Source of the DNA: a virus
Virus record (IMG/VR): IMGVR_UViG_3300020474_000993
DNA length: 64,000 nt
Reading direction: 5' to 3' (one strand)
Position numbers and translations under genes: made by a program. The notes under the pieces were generated by a model. The model ran no database searches. It worked only from the letters and a program-made list of their open reading frames with translations, and was not told where the DNA came from. Position 1 is the stretch's first letter. Each line of letters begins with the position of its first letter. Below are positions 57,268 through 64,000 of this stretch, piece by piece.

Positions 57268-58519
57268 TAAGAAAAATCTATGTATGTTGCCGTGGGTTCA
57301 TCTACACACATGGCCTAATGGAACAGTATATCCTTGTTGTGTTACTCCCATGAATTACAAAGCAGGAAACTTAAACGATAATACTTTAGAAGAGGTATAT
57401 AACAGTGACTTAATGAAAGAAATTCGTGTCAAGATGATAAACGAAGAAAGACACGATGCATGTTCTAGGTGTTGGTTACAGGAAGACCAAGGCGGTATGT
57501 CAATGAGACATAGAGCAAATAAAAGTTGGACGGAATACGAACACATGATTGATGATACTAAAGAAGATGGTACAGTGGAAGAAATGAAACTGCCATACTG
57601 GGACTTTAGGTTTTCTAATATCTGTAATTTTAAATGTCGTAGTTGTGGCCCTCAATTGAGTACTGGTTGGTACACAGATGTAAAAAAGATTTCTGTTATA
57701 GAAACTGGTAAACCAACATTGCCAGACGATATACCAAAAGGAAATAAATTTGATTTGTGGGAACAGATAGAACCACACTTTGAATCTGTAGAGGAAATAT
57801 ATTTTGCTGGTGGTGAACCTCTTATAATGGAAGAACACTATCGCATATTAAAAAAACTAGATGCGATGGGGAAACACGATGTCTTGTTAAGATATAATAC
57901 AAACTTCAGTGAAATGAGATATAAAGATTTGCATGTACTAGAATTCTGGCCAAAATTTAAAAATGTAGAGGTTGGTGCTAGTATAGATGGGATGCAAGAA
58001 CAAGGTGAATTTATTCGTAGTGGATTTAACTGGGAACAGTTTAAACAAAACAGAAACAGGATGAAAGAAACATGTTCTCATGTAAACTTTTATGTTAGTT
58101 CTACTATTAGTATTCAAAATGCATATCATGTAGTACCATTCCATCACGCGCTTGTAGACGGTGGGTATATTGACAGTTATAACTCTTTTAATGTTAATAT
58201 CGTAACAGAACCGCCTTGGCTTGATACTAGAATATTACCAGACCATCATAAACAAAAACTTGTTGAATTATATAACACTCATATTGATTTTCTTTCAGAT
58301 AAAAATGCGTGGGCAATAAAACAAAACTTTGAGGCTTTACGAAATCATGTTTCATCCGAATTAGACCCAAATACATCTTCATCTGGTAATCATTATCCAA
58401 GAAAACCATTAGGATTAAGAAAACTATTTAAATATAAAATGGAACAACTAGACGAAATAAGAAAAGAAAGTTTTTCAGAAACATTTCCAGAACTTGAGGA
58501 TTTATACGATGCCGTTTAA
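57260..58519 (+). CDS. N-terminal Twitch-domain radical SAM protein 6
   Basis: CMLPW..PCC..CSRCW; CNFKCRSC; GGEP. Confidence 0.9.
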   Translation: MSDKKNLCMLPWVHLHTWPNGTVYPCCVTPMNYKAGNLNDNTLEEVYNSDLMKEIRVKMINEERHDACSRCWLQEDQGGMSMRHRANKSWTEYEHMIDDTKEDGTVEEMKLPYWDFRFSNICNFKCRSCGPQLSTGWYTDVKKISVIETGKPTLPDDIPKGNKFDLWEQIEPHFESVEEIYFAGGEPLIMEEHYRILKKLDAMGKHDVLLRYNTNFSEMRYKDLHVLEFWPKFKNVEVGASIDGMQEQGEFIRSGFNWEQFKQNRNRMKETCSHVNFYVSSTISIQNAYHVVPFHHALVDGGYIDSYNSFNVNIVTEPPWLDTRILPDHHKQKLVELYNTHIDFLSDKNAWAIKQNFEALRNHVSSELDPNTSSSGNHYPRKPLGLRKLFKYKMEQLDEIRKESFSETFPELEDLYDAV

Positions 58520-59636
58520 AGAAAATGATAGACCTCGAAAAGAAGACAGAGTTTTCAAGACAGGTGTGGGTCATTGTAAGGATGCGGTGATTACATTAAG
58601 GTTGAGAAACAGTAGAGATGATAATGTGTCACCATTAAACATAAAAATTAAATTAGATAATAATGATGCCGTTCAGTTATGGTATCAGAGATTTAAACAC
58701 GAACTAAAAACTAATGCCTTTTTAAGAAAAGAACATGTATTCATGGGAGAAAGTATTTTGGATACAGAAGAAATGATTAAAAAAGTAAATTCTACTTTAG
58801 ACCACATATCAAAGTTTGATTTTATTGCTGAACAATGGTCTCGGTGGCAAGACTTTGTAAAGGCAGACCAGACAAATGTAATTAATCAACCTTTAACAAA
58901 AAATCCAAACATATCTGAACGGTTATCAATAGAAGATTTTGCAGATGGTAACGATAATGAAAGAATGAATGTTGTCCATAATTATTTTCCATTGTTGTCG
59001 GGCCCAGCAGATAAAACTACTGCCCATTTATATGTTGCACCACCAGATGTTCAGGCTAGTATTTGTAGATTAAATTTAGAAGTTCACGAACTCCACACTA
59101 CATTACAAAATGATGAACAGGCAGACTTTAATATGCATGTTAATGTTTCTTGGCAAAGAGCGCCAAAGAAATTGCCTGTGTTACCAGAATCTTTTGACGA
59201 TTTGTTTACTAAGTATACTAAGTTTGGTGATGTGTTACTTGGATATCCTCAGATTGGTAAAACGCACATAGAGGCTTATGCAGAAGAAGATGAGGAGTTA
59301 GAAGACGAACATGTAGAACCTATCAAATACCTTTCTGGTGATATGTTGATAAAATTTTCAACAGACCAACACGAAGATTGGGTAGAGGGGTTTGATAACT
59401 GGTTAAGAGAACAAGGATTAGACCCAGAAGATAAAAAAGGTAGATATGGGTATGCTAAATTGGGCACAGTTGTGGGTGTTGATTTGGATTTTGTGCAAGA
59501 AGAAATATCTGGTAAGTATGATGATATTGATAGGATAATTGTGATAGATAAAGAAGAACACCTTGACCATAAGTTTCCTTATAGCAGACACGATGATGAC
59601 TATGAAACTAAATTTTTGGGGTATTTACATGACTGA
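58509..59636 (+). CDS. hypothetical protein in radical SAM cluster
   Basis: N.VH.YF, LN..VHE, GDV.LGY..IGK. Confidence 0.65.
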   Translation: MPFKENDRPRKEDRVFKTGVGHCKDAVITLRLRNSRDDNVSPLNIKIKLDNNDAVQLWYQRFKHELKTNAFLRKEHVFMGESILDTEEMIKKVNSTLDHISKFDFIAEQWSRWQDFVKADQTNVINQPLTKNPNISERLSIEDFADGNDNERMNVVHNYFPLLSGPADKTTAHLYVAPPDVQASICRLNLEVHELHTTLQNDEQADFNMHVNVSWQRAPKKLPVLPESFDDLFTKYTKFGDVLLGYPQIGKTHIEAYAEEDEELEDEHVEPIKYLSGDMLIKFSTDQHEDWVEGFDNWLREQGLDPEDKKGRYGYAKLGTVVGVDLDFVQEEISGKYDDIDRIIVIDKEEHLDHKFPYSRHDDDYETKFLGYLHD

Positions 59637-60813
59637 TAAAATATGTGTATTGCCTTGGGTTCATACAGAGTTTACCACGGATGGAACTGCTAATCCATGT
59701 TGTTTATATAAAGGAGACCCGATGGGCAACTTGAAAGAAGAAAACTTTCTTGATGTTTGGAATGGGGACTCTTACACAAACCTAAGAAAAGAATTCCTTG
59801 ATGGAAAGAAACCAAAAGGTTGTGCTATGTGTTGGGAAGGTGAAGATGCTGGATATCAATCTAAAAGACTTCAAGACAATAAACGATTTGAAAGACAACT
59901 AAAAGAAATAAAAGAACAACAAAATTTTATTGCAACTGACCCTCCAAAATATCTTGACTTAAAGTTTGGTACTCTATGTAATTTAAAATGCAGAACATGT
60001 GGTAGTATAAACAGTTCAAAATGGCAAACAGATGAGAAAAAACTATACGGTAGAATATTAAACAAAAAAGACCCCCTATGGATTATTAAAAACCCAAATG
60101 TGTGGGACGAACTTTTTGAGATTATGCATACGGTAGAACAAATGGACTTCACTGGTGGTGAACCATTTATGATAGAAGAACACTTTGAGTTATTGCGTAG
60201 AACAGTCGAGGCGGGACACGCGGAACACATATCTTTACATTATAACACAAATGGAACTATTCGTCCACCACAAAAAATATTTGATTTGTGGAAAGAGTTC
60301 AAGTCTTGTGAAGTGATGTTTAGTCTTGACGGAATATTCAAGAAATTTGAATATATGAGACACCCAGCAAAATGGGATGAAGCGTGGTCAAATTATAACC
60401 ACTTTAAATCGCTTGATTGGATGCATGTACAAGTATGTCATACGGTAAGTCTTTATAATGTATATTACCTAGATGAGTTTATAGACTTGTTTGGTAGAGA
60501 AAATATATACCTTAATCTTTTACACTTTCCTAGACAGTATTGTATTAGAAATATGCCAGATGTGTGTAAAGAAAAGGTTGCAGATAAACTTATAAATATT
60601 CCAGACATAGATGATATCATATTATTTATGAATCAAGAAGCTCAATATGATAAACTTGATATGGGATTTTTGCATGTTACAGAAAAATTGGACAACATAA
60701 GAAATGAAAGTTACAGTGAAACTTTTTCAGAATTTTATAGGATATTGATAGATGGCGGAATTGGAAGAGAACCTTGGACAGTTAAGCAGTACTTTAGACC
60801 GATTGGTGAATGA
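59629..60813 (+). CDS. N-terminal Twitch-domain radical SAM protein 7
   Basis: CVLPW..PCC..CAMCW; CNLKCRTC; GGEP. Confidence 0.9.
   Translation: MTDKICVLPWVHTEFTTDGTANPCCLYKGDPMGNLKEENFLDVWNGDSYTNLRKEFLDGKKPKGCAMCWEGEDAGYQSKRLQDNKRFERQLKEIKEQQNFIATDPPKYLDLKFGTLCNLKCRTCGSINSSKWQTDEKKLYGRILNKKDPLWIIKNPNVWDELFEIMHTVEQMDFTGGEPFMIEEHFELLRRTVEAGHAEHISLHYNTNGTIRPPQKIFDLWKEFKSCEVMFSLDGIFKKFEYMRHPAKWDEAWSNYNHFKSLDWMHVQVCHTVSLYNVYYLDEFIDLFGRENIYLNLLHFPRQYCIRNMPDVCKEKVADKLINIPDIDDIILFMNQEAQYDKLDMGFLHVTEKLDNIRNESYSETFSEFYRILIDGGIGREPWTVKQYFRPIGE
60591..60598 (+). promoter_or_regulatory. possible internal late promoter TATAAATA
   Basis: Exact consensus about 155 nt upstream of ORF 60752. Confidence 0.45.
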
Positions 60814-62485
60814 AGTAGCTGGTCTTAGAACAGAATTAGCAGACCTCAAAAAAATCAATACCAGTGTACTCAAAAAACAACTGGTAAGAAAGGGCGCTGA
60901 AAAAGAAATACATTATTTGTGGTGGGATAAAAAACAAGGACAAACAAATCACGAAGATGTTTTTACTTGGCCATCATCAAACTGTTCTTCTAGGCCAAAC
61001 CATGTTTTTCAAAATCAAACTACGATACTATCACATTACCAGAATGTAGATTGGCCTTACCAAGTTGGCGATATTCAAAACTTTGAACCAGATGGAGTTC
61101 ACAAAAACAAAAACAACCTTTACTTCTTAGAACCACAATATGTGTTTTCAGACCAATGGGAATTGTGCGTGGATTATATTCCACAAGAAGTTGTATGTTG
61201 GTTGCGAGAAAGAAAAATGGCTTTGGTTTTATGGTTCCCCCACGAAGGTTTTAATTTTGAACAGGGATATAACCACATAGGATGGTTACAAATGTTCCAT
61301 GAACAAATGCGAAAACACCAACTAGAAAACATTATATGTTATTTTGTATTTGGTGATTTACAGGCAGCTCCGAACTATGATACATTTTTAAGAACGCGAC
61401 AGGGTAATGAAAGAACTCAATTTGAATTTACAAAAGTTATTTCTTATGATTATTTTCATCAAGATTACTGGAGAGAGTATTCAGAAAGAACAGGCATCTA
61501 TGTAAACAGATTACAAAATCCAAAATATATGCATCAAAACACATATGGTGATTCTCAATTAACAGGAGGATTTACTGACCATGTTATAATTCCATACGAA
61601 GACTTTAACGCTGAACTTTTGGGTAGAGAACCAAACTCTATAGTACAAGACTCCTATGAAAGATGCAAACCAGATGAAGTATTGGTAGGAATTCCAAACG
61701 GAATTGATAAAACCAAAGACCTTATTTGCCTAAATGCTAGACCGAGGTCTCATAGACCAGTATTGGTTTCTGAATTGCACAGGATAGGATATAACAATGA
61801 AAATTCGTATGTAAGTTTTCTTGGTAGAGAAGATATGTTGAATCAACACGGAGAACTTATTACTGGTCAACCTATTTGGAAACAACAGATGTTCAGAGAT
61901 TTGAACATCACGCAGTTTACTGCTAGGAAAGATAATCCTTTCATTTCTTTTCTTTCACATGATGTTCAGATAGAATACACTTATAGATTCTGGAAAGACC
62001 GAAATATGGTTCTCGCTGATAGGTCAGTAATGGAAGTACATGGTGATGACAGACTAATAACATCGCAGATGTATAAAGATACATTTTTTAGTTTGGTGTC
62101 TGAAACATTATTTGGTGAAGATAAAGAAAGTTTGTTTGTAACAGAAAAAACATTCAAAGCTATTGCTTATCGACATCCTTTTATGATTGTAGGAAACATG
62201 GGTACATTGAGGCATTTGAGGTTTCTTGGATATGAAACATTCCCCGAAATGTTTGATGAAAGTTATGACCAAGAATATGACCCAAAGAAAAGGTTCTCAA
62301 TTATATTAAGAAACTTGGAACAGTGGTATCAATTATCAAGGGAGGAAAAAATTAAAAAGTATGATTCCGTAAAGGAAAAACTAAAACACAATTTTGAATT
62401 ATTTAAAAACTCTAGGAGTCAATTTGAGAAAGACACCACTCATGTATTGAGTCAGTTGTCATCTCACAGTGTTGATATATTGTAA
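60752..62485 (+). CDS. GT10-like (TEKT-motif) glycosyltransferase-related protein
   Basis: CLN..PR.HR, SLVSET....FVTEKTFK....PF..VG...L..LGYETF..DESYD. Confidence 0.55.
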   Translation: MAELEENLGQLSSTLDRLVNEVAGLRTELADLKKINTSVLKKQLVRKGAEKEIHYLWWDKKQGQTNHEDVFTWPSSNCSSRPNHVFQNQTTILSHYQNVDWPYQVGDIQNFEPDGVHKNKNNLYFLEPQYVFSDQWELCVDYIPQEVVCWLRERKMALVLWFPHEGFNFEQGYNHIGWLQMFHEQMRKHQLENIICYFVFGDLQAAPNYDTFLRTRQGNERTQFEFTKVISYDYFHQDYWREYSERTGIYVNRLQNPKYMHQNTYGDSQLTGGFTDHVIIPYEDFNAELLGREPNSIVQDSYERCKPDEVLVGIPNGIDKTKDLICLNARPRSHRPVLVSELHRIGYNNENSYVSFLGREDMLNQHGELITGQPIWKQQMFRDLNITQFTARKDNPFISFLSHDVQIEYTYRFWKDRNMVLADRSVMEVHGDDRLITSQMYKDTFFSLVSETLFGEDKESLFVTEKTFKAIAYRHPFMIVGNMGTLRHLRFLGYETFPEMFDESYDQEYDPKKRFSIILRNLEQWYQLSREEKIKKYDSVKEKLKHNFELFKNSRSQFEKDTTHVLSQLSSHSVDIL

Positions 62486-63531
62486 TGTATTGGTCAAGGG
62501 GTGCTGACAGAGAAAGTGGCAGTTGGCATATAACAGAATTTGAAAGACTTTTTGTTAGAGAACTAATTGCTCAGAAACCAGATGATTGTATCTTGGTTAA
62601 TTCTACATGGTTTTCAAAACCAGAGAATGTAACAGACTTAAAACAATGGTTTAATGCGAGTCAATTTAAAGCAGGAGAAACCCCCCGAATTTTATTGTAT
62701 TCTGGCATGGATTGGGAAAACTCCACATGTACAGAATCTACGCGAGAAGCACATAAGTTTCTTAATGATAATTGGGAAGTTATTAATATAGGGAATACTG
62801 GTACTGGGCATTACTTTAACTTTTGGTTGTCTTTTATACATAAAAACCTTGACACCTTCTTTGATTCGTGTTATACTGAAACACCTAACATAAAAAAATA
62901 CTTTATGTGTTTGAATCATCAACCGCATAAACACAGAATAGAGTTTTTAAATCTTTTACATGAAGTGGGTATGTTTCACCATGGCATTGTTTCTGCTGTA
63001 GTTCCACATGAAGAATATACATTTCAAAATCCTATTGTATTAAAAGAAAATAGACCATCTTATATTATGGAAAAGGCGTATGAGTGGGAAAAGATAAATG
63101 AGACCCACCTAGCAAATGATATTATATCTTTGGGTGACCCACAATATTGGAATTCTCATTTTTGTACTGTTGTAACTGAAAGTGTAATGCATAGTAATGT
63201 GTTTTTAAGTGAGAAAACATTTAAACCGTTAATAGGACTTAGACCCTTTATAATTTTGGGTGATGATGGTGTGTATGATAAATTAAAAGAATATAAGTTT
63301 GATACATTTGAAGATTTGTTTCCACAAATACACCGCAAAGGGCAGAACAAATATTGGCGAATAAATAATGCTATGAGTGACCTTTGTTCCTTGCAAAGAA
63401 CATATGGTGATGCAGATAGTTTAACCGTCTTGTATAGTCAGTTAGAAGATAGGTTGATGTACAATAGAAAAAGAGTATTAGAAATAATTAATGATAATTA
63501 CACGGATATTATGGAGATTAATAAGTTATGA
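62485..63531 (+). CDS. GT10-like (TEKT-motif) glycosyltransferase-related protein
   Basis: CLN..PH.HR, VVTES...FLSEKTFKP...RPF..LG. Confidence 0.55.
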   Translation: MYWSRGADRESGSWHITEFERLFVRELIAQKPDDCILVNSTWFSKPENVTDLKQWFNASQFKAGETPRILLYSGMDWENSTCTESTREAHKFLNDNWEVINIGNTGTGHYFNFWLSFIHKNLDTFFDSCYTETPNIKKYFMCLNHQPHKHRIEFLNLLHEVGMFHHGIVSAVVPHEEYTFQNPIVLKENRPSYIMEKAYEWEKINETHLANDIISLGDPQYWNSHFCTVVTESVMHSNVFLSEKTFKPLIGLRPFIILGDDGVYDKLKEYKFDTFEDLFPQIHRKGQNKYWRINNAMSDLCSLQRTYGDADSLTVLYSQLEDRLMYNRKRVLEIINDNYTDIMEINKL

Positions 63532-64000
63532 CCAAGATTGCATTTATTGGATTTGGTAAATTAGGACAACCATGTGGAGAAGTAATCGCAGAAAAGGGGT
63601 TTGATGTAGTTGCATATGATGTAGCTAAAGTTGACACACACATACCCATGAAAGAATCAATAGAGGATGTTGTAAGGGGAAGACACATTGTCTTTGTCGC
63701 TGTACCAACGCCACATGACCCCCTATACGATGGTTCAGAACCAACATACCATTTACCGCCAAAAGATTTTAATTACGACACAGTAAAAGAGGTTGTTGCA
63801 GAAGCTAATAGTTATATGAACCCAGAACAGATGTTGGTTCTTATTAGTACGGTATTGCCGGGCACTGTTAGAAATGAAATTGCACCTCTTGTTACTAATA
63901 CAAGATTTGTCTATAACCCATACTTAATTGCTATGGGTACAGTTAAGTGGGATATGGTTAATCCAGAGATGGTAATGATAGGTACAGAAAATGGAGAAGA
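63528..64000 (+). CDS. UDP-glucose 6-dehydrogenase family protein (truncated by window edge)
   Basis: IG.GKLG, VAVPTP, ISTVLPGT, YNPYLIAMG. Confidence 0.85.
   Translation, partial: MTKIAFIGFGKLGQPCGEVIAEKGFDVVAYDVAKVDTHIPMKESIEDVVRGRHIVFVAVPTPHDPLYDGSEPTYHLPPKDFNYDTVKEVVAEANSYMNPEQMLVLISTVLPGTVRNEIAPLVTNTRFVYNPYLIAMGTVKWDMVNPEMVMIGTENGE

Noticed and set aside
1-64000. Alternative genetic code, DGR/retron reverse transcriptase, or integrase
   Set aside because: Genes are full length in the standard code with all three stops used; no RT or recombinase motifs seen

Overview
This window is 64 kb of an AT-rich, T4-like (myovirus) phage genome, probably marine. No photosynthesis genes are present, and a TonB-dependent receptor points to a Gram-negative host. 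Layout: (1) 1-12.2 kb is a late region with TATAAATA promoters, encoding a ligase-fold protein, a HxGH nucleotidyltransferase, lysozyme, modular internal-head polyproteins and fibre/decoration proteins. (2) 12.2-29.8 kb holds replication and nucleotide genes (primase gp61, thyX, nrdA/nrdB, dCMP deaminase, RNase H), interleaved with accessory genes (QueC-like protein, methyltransferases, TonB-dependent receptor, SGNH-like proteins). (3) 29.8-40.4 kb is an early region with repeated sigma70 promoters, small ORFs and several non-coding RNAs: a ~395-nt highly structured RNA, a divergent ~80-nt hairpin RNA, an atypical tRNA-Gly(TCC) followed by a ~230-nt structured RNA, and a glutamine riboswitch upstream of a YRG-repeat (DUF4278-like) peptide. 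(4) 40.4-46.2 kb is a minus-strand late module of secreted/membrane proteins plus a nuclease-like gene. (5) 46.3-64 kb is a modification island: desaturase, 2OG hydroxylase, GNAT, two UDP-glucose dehydrogenases, seven N-terminal-Twitch radical SAM paralogues, an APS-kinase-like/HIGH-NTase pair and GT10-like proteins. The best candidates for something new are the large structured ncRNA, the radical-SAM glycan/lipid-modification island, the capsid-targeted ligase/NTase/kinase module, and the clustering of otherwise rare GATC sites on early-promoter -10 boxes. All family calls come from motif recognition by eye; no database searches were run.
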